NCBI GenBank assembly: GCA_022605425.2
Contig: CM061247.1
Span: 1,488,001-1,552,000 of the forward strand
Source of the DNA: Hamiltosporidium tvaerminnensis FI-OER-3-3
Lineage: Eukaryota; Fungi; Microsporidia
Reading direction: 5' to 3'
Length of the DNA stretch: 64,000 nucleotides
Shown: piece after piece, positions 12,852-25,009 of the stretch
Numbering within the stretch: the stretch's first letter is position 1
Layout: each line of letters opens with the position of its first letter
Notes under the pieces: model-generated
The model's database searches: none
What the model saw: the letters and a program-made list of their open reading frames with translations, nothing else
What the model was told of the DNA's origin: nothing
Program-made: the position numbers and the translations under genes

Positions 12852-15800
12852 ATGGATATAATTTTCTCTTACTATTTAAACAAAAAAATCGATTGTGAGA
12901 AGACAATTCTATCTATCATAAAAAATCAAAACATATTTTGTATACTTTTTTTGTTTAATTATATATTCTGGATCATAAAAAAATATTCTTACAGAGAATT
13001 GACATTTTTTAAAATGAATGAAGTACTAAATTTGATTCTATTATGTTTAATACGAAATCTTAGTTTTTTTATATGGTAAAAATATTATTGTTAGTAGTTT
13101 TGCAAATAAGTTATATCACATGCTTTTATACTATACAACTGCCAAACACACCAAACAATTAATTTAACAGTTTATTCCTGCAAAGATTATATTGTTTTAC
13201 ACAAAAATCAATTTCCCTTTGATTTGGTATGTCTGAAAAGAAAGTAGTAAATAATTTTTCAAAATAAAGACTATAAAATTTAAGTTATAAGCTATGTGAC
13301 CTCCGGTTGAGATATGCCAAAACCCATTAAAAATTTCTTAAAGGCATGAGAACAATATCGTATATTATTATGTTCTCCTGGTTTCTTTATTGTACTCCTT
13401 TGTTATTTTAAACAAATTGGTGTAACATTGTACGAATAAGATGAATAAGAAACTTGAATAACATTAAATCTTTTTATTTTTCAAAAAAATTGAATTTTAG
13501 CAGCCTAGTTGTTATTTTCGGTTAATTTTTTTAAGTTTTATTAAAATATAGAAGAGTATCTTATATAGAGGAATAGAAAAAAAAATCAAAAAGTGGGTAA
13601 TTAAGCCAAATTAAAATAAGGAAGAATAAAATTTTCTTAATGACTATAAATTTTTCTAACTTGTTCTTATTCGAATTTTCTAAGTTTATATTGTTGTTGT
13701 TTTTTTCACTTCAAAGCGGTAAATTTTTGCTAAAAAAGTATAAATATAAGTTTTTTTTTCTAACTCTATGGTTTGAAGAAGAAAATATCCGCTGAATATT
13801 ACCTATGAGCAAAAGTAAATCTAGTAGACTAAACCAAAGGTGCAGTGTATAATAGATCGCCAAAGCCCTTTATTGAATACGTGCTTACCCGCCGAACATT
13901 TTCCGTAATCGTAAAAGAAAGGGATACTAAGAATGATTAAATTAAAATAACAGATAAAATTAAATAATACCAATGCTTCTTCTTATTATTCGAGTACTTT
14001 CAGAATACAGTATTCTTTGTATTTTTGTCTGATGCGCATACAAATATATCAGAAAGTTTTCCAACGCGTGAAGTTAGTGCAAATAGTTGCTCATTTTCGA
14101 AGCAAGGGTTCTCAAAATGCATTCCATACACTTGCCTAACAGTCCTCGTGTTTTACTCATAGTCATTGCAAAAGTGAGTCGCACAAGAAATTGTAAACAC
14201 TTGAATTCAAACCCATATATGTCAGAAACATTAAAATGCGTGGAACATTAAATCACTTCTTTTGAATTTGCCATATAAAAAGTGAATCGGATGGCATTTT
14301 TCATAAGTTTTTTTACAGAAAGTTTTGGGCAGTTACAAAGCGTAGTAAATGAATGTTTCTAAAAAAATAGGTAGTCAAATTTTTAACATTAAAATAAGAG
14401 ATGGAATACCTAAAACTCAAGAGTTTCAGAAAAATCGTTGAGTAATCGAAAAAATCGCTTAGATTCAAAGCGATATCGATGATTATTTTTATTGTCGCTT
14501 CGTACAGTATTTAATTTATAATGTGAAATTGATAGCACTTGTGACAAAGTTTGAAGCGACTTATATAACATTTACACAGAGTTATTGATGTTTTTTGTTA
14601 ATTCACGGGGATATTTGACTAAAGGTTCTCTAATCGATTAGTCTTCTATTGATATCACCTCAATATTGCTTGAAATATTATAGCGTGTGTATTCTGTCAT
14701 TGTTATCTTTTCATTTACGATATTGAGCGATTTTTTCGCGCAAGTTTGGCTGATGCATAATTTTGTGAATGAAGAGTTTATTAAATTTTTGAATCATTTG
14801 CATATATTTCGTTATAGACGGCGATTTAAAGCATAGATTTAATTCATCAGCCGCTGTTGGCTATGGAAGTAATAGATTTTGGCAAAATAACTACGCAATA
14901 GAATTAGTGCTGCACAAAAAAACAGTATATTTGCCTTAAATCTTACAGTATAACATAAAATCTTTTCAATGCATTTTTTATGCAATTTTGTATCAGTTCC
15001 ATATAATATGTTTACATCTTTGTTGACATTTTCTTATTCCAAAATTTTTATGATATTGCATGTTTGCGTCTTACGGGCTAGGAAATTCAATGGAAATCTC
15101 AGTCTGGATGAGATGTCGATTAGAATCTATGATTGTTGACACGGTGGCAGTAAAAGAGATAGAACTAAGTTGATATATGAATTCCTCCTTTGGTCATACT
15201 TTGACTTTACTAAAACCCATTTAAACTATAATTCTCTCTAATAACATTATCGTTCTCTTTTCTCTCATTTCAAAATCTTCTAAACTACCAATATTTAATT
15301 AATCACCCTTAAAATATCCACATTTCTATCAACACTTTTTAATAGGAATATCATAATAAAGTCCTTTGGTTAATTTACCTTAATAAGAAAAATAGCAACA
15401 ATAAATGGCAGGAGTAATCTGACATACAAAGAAAAATATATGCATACATCTTTAGCGTTTAGATGTTTTGATTTTCGTTTTTTTGGGGGGGAATATCTGT
15501 GGTATGATGCATTTATTTCTTCTAATTTTTTTTGATATTCATTAAAAGAAATATAAAGTAGGTTTTTAGATCCAACTCAGGGAGAGATTTTAAAATATTT
15601 TTCAACATTTATATTATATTTTATTTTTAATATATTATAGACTTATACTGAAATATTTTTATTATATATTCTTATCATATTCATTTGTTCTTAATCTGCA
15701 AAAAGATTGCCCGAATTTTTGAAGAGTTTACTGGACATTTAGATTTTGCTGTTCATGAATAAAATTATATTATATGCAATGTAATACATATTTTAATTTC

Positions 15801-15880
15801 AAAATAACAAAATTCTTTATTACATGTATGCATTATATGTTCTTATGATTGTATATTTCTCTAAAAATTTAAGCATTTCA

Positions 15881-16270
15881 TTAAATATGACATTTTTTTT
15901 AAAAAAATGACATATGTTAGATGTTTCATAAAATTAAGGCAGTTCGAGTTTACCATAGATAAATTATTTCCTAACAATTACTCCATATGATTTGTAACGC
16001 CTACATCCAAAGCTTTACATATAAAAGTATCTAGATGCCATTTAATTGGAAAGGCTTTGTTACAGTACGTTAATGTCCGTTACCTGGTGTGTGTTTATAA
16101 CACTAAATATGCGTTAAGCGCAACCTAAGACGACTATATTCAAACTTAATCTACCTTGATGAAGCGAATAGGTCTCTGCAAATATGTTTTCGGCGATTTA
16201 CTTAGTTTTAAAGTTGCAACGGTGTCAAAACAACCAGTATTACCTTTGAATTAGCTTTCCCGGTTTTTTA
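15881..16270 (-). mobile_element. Family A element, old diverged 5'-truncated copy
   Basis: Aligns in order with 63336-63740: gcagttc, actccat, cctac.tcc.aaagc, cgttaatgtc.gtt, actta.tctac, gtat.acct, ttagcttt. Confidence 0.7.
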
Positions 16271-16765
16271 ATTTATTATAGAATAAGAAAAATTGATTGA
16301 GTGCATTTTAAAATGCTGGAATCATTTAAAATGTGTCTCTCTATACTAATATATCTTTTTAAACTTTATATTTATTTGTCTTTAAGAAGAAATTTGCACT
16401 ATAAGAAACCTATATTACACAATTATGATAATTTAAATGTAGAAATAATATTTATTCTTCAAAATGAAATATCGAAATATTCAATACTTTTTAAAATATT
16501 GTTTTAAAAAAATTCATTTGGTTTTTTACTAAATATGGGGAATTAATCGAAAATTTTATTAACTTATTGAGGATAAACTAATTATATATTATCTTCAAAT
16601 GGAATATTCTAGGATTTTTGCAAAAAAATTGAATTTAGAAACCCATTTTATCAAAAAATCAGGAAATAAAAAAATTGACTAATTGTTTTAACATTTTCTC
16701 TTTTATAGAAATATAAATAATTTAAGCTTTTTTAAAACTATAAATACGAGCAAAAATTTGATTCC

Positions 16766-18337
16766 ATGAATTTAATTCGAAAGAAATACACGTTGATGAT
16801 TTATTCAGCTTACATCTTTAGTATTTTTCTCGTCATTGGTTGCATTATATGTATAATTGGTAGTATAAAAGCCAACAATTTGATCAAAAAGTTCTATGAG
16901 GAATTTGACAAGGCGATTTTGGACGAGCGATTTATCGGAATAAAAAAAGTTATTTCGGTTTCCGAACGTTTCATTTTTGAGAAACCATGTAAATGTATGC
17001 AAAAGAATATGAAATTTTTAATTCCGATTCCAAGTTCACCAGTGACAAAAAGAATTGAAAACAGTTTGGAAAATCGTAATTTTGGCTTTTTAAAGTCTAT
17101 AAAATTTAGTGATATAAATAATTTGATTGCTTATGCAGATATAAATGTGGTTAAGCTTAACAAAAGAATACTAAATATGAACAAAATCAATAGATTAGGA
17201 TTGTTTTTGAAAGGAAAATGTGCCTATAAATCGTTTCTTGGGTTGACTAAAGCAGTCTTGACACTTTTTAAATCACAAATCAATGCTATCGCTTACATGA
17301 AAATAAACAATGGTTTTGAAAATAAGACTTTTATTGTCGAACTTACTAGTAAAGACAAAGAAGGTTTATTTAAGGAAACTCTATTGGATTTTAAGTTCGA
17401 TAATGACTCAAGAAAATACACAGCAGTTGACTACATTACATTTTTTCTATTTTCTTGTCAAGTGAGTAATTACGATTTTGTTTTTCCTTCAGAAAATAGA
17501 CCGGTTGGTTCACTTAATGTCGAATTAAATCATTTACGAAATATTCCGGGTGTCAGTTCTGGTCTGAATATCATTGATGTCACTTCGAATCATTCATTAG
17601 ACGAAAATATTAGTATACAAGATCAAATATTAATTACACATATGAATACCGGCATATGTATGGAAGAAGATTTAAGAAGAGAAGTACCGTCTTTCAATAA
17701 TCCGTCTTATGAAATTTCAACACTCGAGCTTAACGAAATGACTCATACTACAAATCAGATTCTCGAAATAGATAACACGAATAATTCAATAACTCTGCAA
17801 ACGTTTTCTGATACTGCTTCAGCATTGAAATCTGTAGAAGAATCGTTTACGATTTCTAACCCTATAGCAACAAACTCTTCACTTCCTGAAAACTCATTAA
17901 AAACCTCTGCCGATGCAATAAGTCTTTCATCTAATGACATTAAATCCGAAAATGTATTAAATCCGCTTAATTCAGAGCCGATTTTAATATCTGTTTTAGA
18001 ATCTTCGGATCCTCTTTTATCAGTTGATATTACACAAAAAGTAGATTTTAAAATCAATCAAACCAGCCTTGAAATAGCAACAGAAAAAAAACATTTAGAT
18101 GAACCGCTCGATGATATGTACTTGAAGATTACTTCGCACCGAGAAATACTAGATATACGTGCTATTACACCTGTCGAATCTATATCACATGAAGATTTAC
18201 CTGAATCAAACTCTCAAAATCCAGAATCATTTGAATTTAGGAATGTACAAAAAAAACATATGATTTCACCGAAACGTATTTTTTGCGGTATATCCTCACT
18301 AAACAAACAAAGAAACTACGAAGAAACAGAAATTTAA
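16766..18337 (+). CDS. Hypothetical protein with N-terminal TM/signal anchor (first part of a probable ~1187-aa gene)
   Basis: 523-aa ORF with hydrophobic YIFSIFLVIGCIICIIG and a ttccATG start context. It is in frame with the next ORF across a single TAA. Confidence 0.75.
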   Translation: MNLIRKKYTLMIYSAYIFSIFLVIGCIICIIGSIKANNLIKKFYEEFDKAILDERFIGIKKVISVSERFIFEKPCKCMQKNMKFLIPIPSSPVTKRIENSLENRNFGFLKSIKFSDINNLIAYADINVVKLNKRILNMNKINRLGLFLKGKCAYKSFLGLTKAVLTLFKSQINAIAYMKINNGFENKTFIVELTSKDKEGLFKETLLDFKFDNDSRKYTAVDYITFFLFSCQVSNYDFVFPSENRPVGSLNVELNHLRNIPGVSSGLNIIDVTSNHSLDENISIQDQILITHMNTGICMEEDLRREVPSFNNPSYEISTLELNEMTHTTNQILEIDNTNNSITLQTFSDTASALKSVEESFTISNPIATNSSLPENSLKTSADAISLSSNDIKSENVLNPLNSEPILISVLESSDPLLSVDITQKVDFKINQTSLEIATEKKHLDEPLDDMYLKITSHREILDIRAITPVESISHEDLPESNSQNPESFEFRNVQKKHMISPKRIFCGISSLNKQRNYEETEI

Positions 18338-18364
18338 TCAAGAACCCTAAAAAAGTTTAACAGA

Positions 18365-20329
18365 TTGGCTTCTTCTGATACAATTAGAAGTATACATGGT
18401 ATGCCAAATCAAAATATAGCAGAAAATTCTTCTGTTGAATGTAAAACGAATTCCACATCTTTTCAAAATTTAAGACAAAGCTTAAACTTGTCGGATGATC
18501 CAAAATCGAGCTTAATAGAAAAAAACAACATATTATCTAATACTTCCGAAAATATTGCCATGGAAAAACAAATTTTTACAAATAAAGAGGCAAAATCAGG
18601 CCTGGATACAACAACCGTAGAAATTTTTTGTGCTGAATCTTTTCAGGATAGAACACAGGGAGATAATACGGGTCCATCGTTGACCCTTTTTCAGGAAGAA
18701 CTTGCTTCGGATCAAAAAATTTCTATAAGCGATGCAGAATTCCAATCTTCAAACTCTGGTTTTAATGCGGATTCAGTTAGTCAAGTCTTCGTAGAGCAAA
18801 AACTTTGTTCAGGGCCACATTTCGATCCAGCTTCGCTCGATGCTTCTCCAGTATATCAAGAGGAGCATTATAGTTCAATACAAACAACAGAGTTAAATAC
18901 AAAACCATTATCAATTGAAACGCCGCAATCAAAATTGAATTACCCCGTTGGGGAAAATGTTAGTATTCGTTGCAGTCCTCTATCAAATTATCCCGATTCG
19001 CACCCTTTTGGTGCACGCAATAAATATCCTCAATATGAAAAGCTACATAATATAAACAATCCTGCGAACACACCATCTGAAATAGATGAGGTGTATACTA
19101 AAGAAAACCAATCTTACATGAATAAATTGAATGATTCGGGTTTCGAACATATCCTCACTCATTCCACAGCTGCTAAATCTTATAATTCTCAAAACACAGA
19201 GGTTGATCTAGAAACGGATCTAAAAGACGATACCGGATTAGAAAGAACTGATTTGGACACAGAAGAAAAGTCTTTAAGCAATATCTCATCTGTTTATTCA
19301 CAAATTGTTATGGGTAAAGAGACACAAACAGGTTGTTTAAGGAATATCCATGGAAATTTATCTTCCGAAGAGTATACAATTGAAACGCAGGGCAAATTTG
19401 ATCCAGTCTCTTTTCAACTAGAAAGTGAAAATGAAAGTTTAATTGACGCAATACTTAATTCATCATCCGAATCTGAAAAACATACCCCTAAAAAATTCTA
19501 TAAAGAAATATCATTTCAAAAAATAAATGAGGGAATTGTTTTAGAAACCAGTAATCAATCTAATTACGGAAAAGATGCTCCCCAGAAATCTACAGAATAT
19601 TCCGAGATACAAGATTCAAAAGAAATAATTGAGGCAACAAAACAAGTATCCCCTAATCCAATTGAAAATAGATCGGACGAAAATTTTCCTACCACGCCAT
19701 TTTCTACGCAAAATCAAGATGTGAAATCAAAAAAAATGTCTTGTCATGAAGAGATTGAAACTGAATTATTTGATGAATCTATTCATTTAATCGAAGGAGC
19801 ATCGGCTTTACCAGAAGAAGATTGTACTGGTCAAGCCAATATTAAAGTATTATTGGATTATCAACCCGAAACGACCAGTTGCGAGCTCTTCCGATTGAAT
19901 GAATCATACATGGATGATGCATATTTGAACTATTCAGACGAAGATTCTTATACAGAGCAATTTAATAGTTATTCATCATTAACTTCCGAGAGTAAACACT
20001 ACATAGATACATCTCCTTCGCCTAAAATTGGCGAATTAAGCGCAATAAAAGAAGAGAATGAGGAATCAAGCGAAGATTTACTACTTCCCTTTGGATCAAA
20101 TAAAACGTTTCAGAGTACCGCAAATGAATCAACTTCAAATTCCGAGGGAAGATTTTTAGATTCGCATTCTATTTCGTCGATACAAACCCAGGCAATTACA
20201 TCTTCTAACTTAAACCTTGATTTAGATGCACATCAGATTCCCCAGCCTTATGAAGAAAATACAAAGTCTAACAATCCTACTCTTAGTGAAGAGAATACAA
20301 TTGATTTATTAAAAAATAGCCCGAGATGA
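18365..20329 (+). CDS. Acidic Ser/Thr/Glu-rich hypothetical protein (in-frame continuation of 16766-18337)
   Basis: 654-codon ORF in very AT-rich DNA. The ORF-track start is TTG, and the frame is open from 18338. Confidence 0.65.
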   Translation: MASSDTIRSIHGMPNQNIAENSSVECKTNSTSFQNLRQSLNLSDDPKSSLIEKNNILSNTSENIAMEKQIFTNKEAKSGLDTTTVEIFCAESFQDRTQGDNTGPSLTLFQEELASDQKISISDAEFQSSNSGFNADSVSQVFVEQKLCSGPHFDPASLDASPVYQEEHYSSIQTTELNTKPLSIETPQSKLNYPVGENVSIRCSPLSNYPDSHPFGARNKYPQYEKLHNINNPANTPSEIDEVYTKENQSYMNKLNDSGFEHILTHSTAAKSYNSQNTEVDLETDLKDDTGLERTDLDTEEKSLSNISSVYSQIVMGKETQTGCLRNIHGNLSSEEYTIETQGKFDPVSFQLESENESLIDAILNSSSESEKHTPKKFYKEISFQKINEGIVLETSNQSNYGKDAPQKSTEYSEIQDSKEIIEATKQVSPNPIENRSDENFPTTPFSTQNQDVKSKKMSCHEEIETELFDESIHLIEGASALPEEDCTGQANIKVLLDYQPETTSCELFRLNESYMDDAYLNYSDEDSYTEQFNSYSSLTSESKHYIDTSPSPKIGELSAIKEENEESSEDLLLPFGSNKTFQSTANESTSNSEGRFLDSHSISSIQTQAITSSNLNLDLDAHQIPQPYEENTKSNNPTLSEENTIDLLKNSPR

Positions 20330-21290
20330 AACTAATTTCCTTTTATTAAACAGAACTGCAATTCTCTCCTCTTTAATAAATAAAAAATTTGGTTTTTTTT
20401 CTTTTCTTTTTTAGTGTTTAAAAGTATTTCATAGCTAAAAAACATTTTCATTTCTCATTAATTAAAAATACGCCAAGGTCTTTGTAATGAAATAAAATAC
20501 AGTATTTTAAAACAATAAAAGGACTTTAAAAATCTTATTTTAATCATATATTAGATTGAATCTCAGTTTACACTATTTTAATATGCTTTGTGCTAAAATA
20601 TATAATTTCAAACTTGGCAATGCTTATATTTATTTTTTTAAAAAAATTTTATTCTAAAAAATTTACGTTTTAATCATATAATTTTATAAAATCTAATGTT
20701 TTATTAAATACCTAAATAAGTAAATCAAAAACCCCCGTAGATATTTTAAGTTTCTTTCACTATACATATTTTTGCTGAAGATGAAAGAAAAAATGTCTTT
20801 ATTACACATTCACGATTTTTCATTTTTTTTTTCTTAAAGATATTTAAATTTTTAATCAAAATTGTTTGTATCAGTATTGACTGCTTATTATAGAGAGCTT
20901 GTAGGCAAATAAACGAAAAAATCTTTGTATAAAAAAATAATAGATTAATATTTTAATAAAGAAGAGTACGAAAACAATATATAAGCTTAGATTTATCTCC
21001 TTATATTTTCATGAAAATATCTTAATTCTTAGGTTGTATAACCCATACATTTAATTTAAAAAGTCGAAAATTTATGTGAATTTTGAATTAAACTATAAAA
21101 AAATAAAAAGATTTATTTATAATATTTTTAAGAAGTATTAAAATGATTTGAATTGTATAAAAATTTGTTTCATTTACCACATCTTTTTCCTTCGATCTAA
21201 ATTCTTTATTACTTGGGTTTTCAGCAGAATTTGTCGGTAAAATAATGAATGAAATCCTTCTTCCATATAATATTAAAATTAATATCAGAT

Positions 21291-21524
21291 TTGATCATCA
21301 TCGGCATTCCATCCTTCAAGTGCTTTGGGAGCCCTCATTAATACCTTTTAATGGCTTTTTTCAAGATTATTTGTTTACTTTTTCGGGTTTCGTAACAAGG
21401 CGCTTTTAAAGGGGGATTGTTATCCCTACGCCGAACTCCAAACTAGGATCCAGTCCTTTTTAGTCGCTTCTTAGGCCAAGCAGAGAATACTCCAAGCCAA
21501 TTCTGCTCCGTATATGGTGGGGAA
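21291..21524 (-). mobile_element. RTE-derived bipartite SINE, copy 2
   Basis: Reverse complement reads ttccccaccat...ggagcagaattggcttggagtattctctgcttggcctaagaagcgactaaaaaggactg...tgccgatgatgatc, colinear with 42861-43100. Confidence 0.75.
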
Positions 21525-21618
21525 CATAATTAAATGATATGAAAAATTATTTTAAAGCGGCTTGGAATTATTACCACAAACATAAACCTGCAACTAATCG
21601 TAACAAAACTATGTTTTA

Positions 21619-23382
21619 CTGGAAAGAGGGATTATATTAAGTTTCGTATTCATATGTGGAGGTTACTAATATAGAGAGTTATTTTCCCATGTACCAACCT
21701 ATACTAAAGAAACAAAAAAAAATAAAAAAATATGAACCAAGAAAAAAGGAGAAATAAATGAGAAAAAAAACAAAAAAAATAAAAGCGAAAGCGGTAATAT
21801 AAAAGGAAATTTTGGAAAAGAAAAAAGTAAAAGAAAGGGAATATAAGGAACAAACTATAAAAACCAACATTGTTTAATTTTTCGCTTATTTAGTCTGTTT
21901 TTAGGGATAACTTTGGATATACTTGGATTTTTTTCATAACGGACTCTAAAACTGTCAGAGCAAACTCTCTGTATAACAAACCAGAATCCAGCTTCTTAAA
22001 AGCTATTAATTTTGTCAATTCGTGGCGATTGATTGGTATCAGAAGAATCTTCAAATAAAAACCACATCCCCTGAATTAAATGCAATACGGTTGTAATGAA
22101 CATCAGCATCTTTGGCAATTCTCGGAATGTAAATGTCTCTATAGTTTGTATCAACTCTTTTGGGACTAAAAATAGTAGCCTGCTGTATAGCGTTACAATA
22201 AATGGGTATAAGATTTGTTCCTTCATTAAATTCTAAATTATATTCAAGGGGGGATTCTTCTTCTGTGAATTTGGTTACTTCTCCCGGTCTGTGGTATTGA
22301 TCGCGCAAGGCAAAATATTTATACCCATTCAACATCTAAATCCCTGCATTGGTGACATGTTTATTGGCCTACTCCATAATGTATTGTATTCAAATACAAT
22401 TTTATCAATAATTTAACAACAGATAATGCTTTCGCAATTTTCTATATCACTGTTTGATTAACGCTTTCAACTAGGCCTTGGTTTTGCGCATGTCTTCGCC
22501 TTCCTCTTACAAACCTAACGTTATGTAAACTTAGAAATTTCGTAAAAACAGAAAAGTTGAAATCTTTGCCGTTATTGCTTTATACGATAATCGGCGCGCC
22601 GCATTATATAAATATTTCCTTTAACGCAGACATAATGTTTTTAGCTGTTTTACTTTTCATTGCAAATGAAAAAAGAAATTTGGAATAGAAATCTATAATT
22701 TTTACAATCCATCCATATCCGTTATTTTAATTAGCATGTTTTTTTTGATCAACACAATCTATTTGCACGATATGCCATGGATGTCCTGATATTATGGGTG
22801 TAATTTGTAAGATGCGACATAATGGTTGATATCTCTTATATATTAGTTATTTCGAGAAATATTCGTCAATTATTTCTCTTTTAAACACAATAAATCGAAT
22901 TTTTGAGTTTTCATAGATTGCCTTTATTCCTTTGTAATCAGGTAGGCGATGTGCATCAAATAAAGCATGTTGTTTTTCAAAATCCTTTTCAATGACTGCC
23001 TCTTTATAAACTTTTCTGGTTTCTTTATAAAGCATTTTTTCATTAATCTATTCGTAGTTCCTTATTTTTTAAAAAATTCTTTTTTTTCTGAAAAGATAAA
23101 CCAGAAGGCGCATTATTTCTATCCGATAGGTATAATTTTATCAGTTCTATTTCTAACATAGTTAAAATGACTTTTATGAGATTTTATTCTTGCTCAAATT
23201 TCTCTCAAAAACCTATATAAATAAAACAAATATACAGCATACAGCCCTTATTGAAGTTCAGCAGAAGATTAATAGAATTAATATTTTTAAAGGGGGTTAA
23301 AAAAAATATTTCTTTAGTTTCTTATATGGTTAACCTTCACTTATGGGTTCGAAATTAAATAAAAAAAAGACCGTGTTTCCTG
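21619..23382 (-). mobile_element. Decayed DDE (rve integrase-like; Ginger/TDD or KRBA2-type) DNA transposon with degenerate TIRs
   Basis: Minus-strand WHIVQIDCVD...WIVKIIDFYSKFLFSFAMKSKTA...GAPIIV*SNNGKDF...RGRRRHAQNQGLVESVNQT is an integrase core with stops. Imperfect ~60-bp inverted repeats lie at 21619-21680 and 23315-23382. Confidence 0.75.
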
Positions 23383-23500
23383 CCTAGAGTTATAATCGAA
23401 ATAAAAAATTATATACGATAATAAATCGGTCTTATCAAAAATCTCAAATACCTGTTTTAAAAAGAAACCCTCTTTCTAAAAAAGTTTAAAAACGATCGAA

Positions 23501-25009
23501 ATGAATTTCAAACAATTTATAAATATATATTTCTTCTATATTTGGTTTAATACTACATTTGATCATGTATATTAATTTATTGTGTGAAAGAGAAAAATAT
23601 TTAAATTAAAAAACTGGACATGTTATATTTACCAATTCTCCCAAAGATTTACTAGGTTACATTATACATAATATTCCTCAATTTAATGTATTTTGTAATT
23701 TTTTTAAGCCATTTTTTAATAAATCGAATGATAAAATAATAGAAAGAGGTTTTATAAATGTAAAAGATAAAATTCTTAAAAATTGTAAAAAAATCAAATA
23801 TGATGAGTATACATTATGTAATATGCTTTATACGGAGTGCATTGCACTCTTTACTGATGAAATGTATGATGTTTGCTTGTATTTAGATATTTTTAACGAG
23901 AAAACGCTCTTACGGATTAAGGATATGCTCTTGCAAATACAATCAGGTTTAGAAGATTTATATTTTATCAATCAACTAAAAAATCTCAAAAAATGGGATT
24001 CTAAAAAATTGAGTGTGGAAGAGAATCAACCAGAAATTTTCAAGGTTTTCGATGAATTTTTGGGTAACGAAAGAATTTTACAATATTTCTTTTCACAGTT
24101 TTGTTTGTTTTGGGATTGTTTTTTTGTACCGAAAGAAAAATTTTCGGATATTATGAATGATTCTTATATTTTCAAGTCTAAAAGAATACAGAATTATTAT
24201 GAACAGGGCATATCATACGATGATTATTTTGAAAATATAAAGAAAATATATAAAAGTATGAATTGGAACCAAATTATAGATTTTATTCTTGAGGATGTTG
24301 CTTTAACAAGCAATAATAGAAGACTTGTTATTTTCTCATGGGTTATCTGCATTCAGAAAATTAATTTATTGAGATTTTATATTTCCTTTTGATTATGAAA
24401 GAACATCATTTCAAATTGCCTCCTTGAGCAAACTAACATATTGGAATTCAACCACGAATATAATGATTTTATCTTTCCAAACTCGAATATATTTGGAAAA
24501 AATCCAGATTCTAATATTATTGGTAGATTGAATAATTGTAAAAGTATAAATTTTAGCATTATGATCGAATCAGAATATTTGATCGCTGTATTCATAAAGG
24601 ATTTCATCAAAAAAATCGGAGAAAAAAATTTTTTACAAATGCTTTGTATGGTAAATTTTGAAAATAAAAAGACGAATTTTTATCAGAATTTGGAATATTT
24701 AAATATGCTCGAGCCGTTTAAAACCGAATTTATTGTGAATCTAAGTTGTTCTCTTGAATTTTTGAAGAAAGATGTTCATATTGTGTTTGCATTTCGTAAA
24801 CTTGATGTGAAACTATTTAAATTCATGAAAAATCAAATCTTAGAAATAATTACGTCTAAAAATTCGAGGCTTATCATAGAAAACGAAATCTTTGCAAACT
24901 CAGAAATTTTCGAATTTTTTTTGATTTGTACAAGCAATACATGCAAAAGGCGGCAAAGGGTTTAAAAAATATCAAAATTGTTAAAAAGATTGATTTTATG
25001 GATCTGTAA
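23501..25009 (+). pseudogene. Family X copy 3 (stop and frameshifts)
   Basis: Begins MNFKQFINIYFF...*, then KTGHVIFTNSPKDLL and ORF pieces 23823-24392 and 24441-24965. Ends VKKIDFMDL*. Homologous to copies 1 and 2. Confidence 0.75.

Noticed and set aside
13850-14950. Possible MULE/SWIM transposase relic on the minus strand
   Set aside because: Only scattered Cys/His-like fragments; it cannot be assigned by eye.
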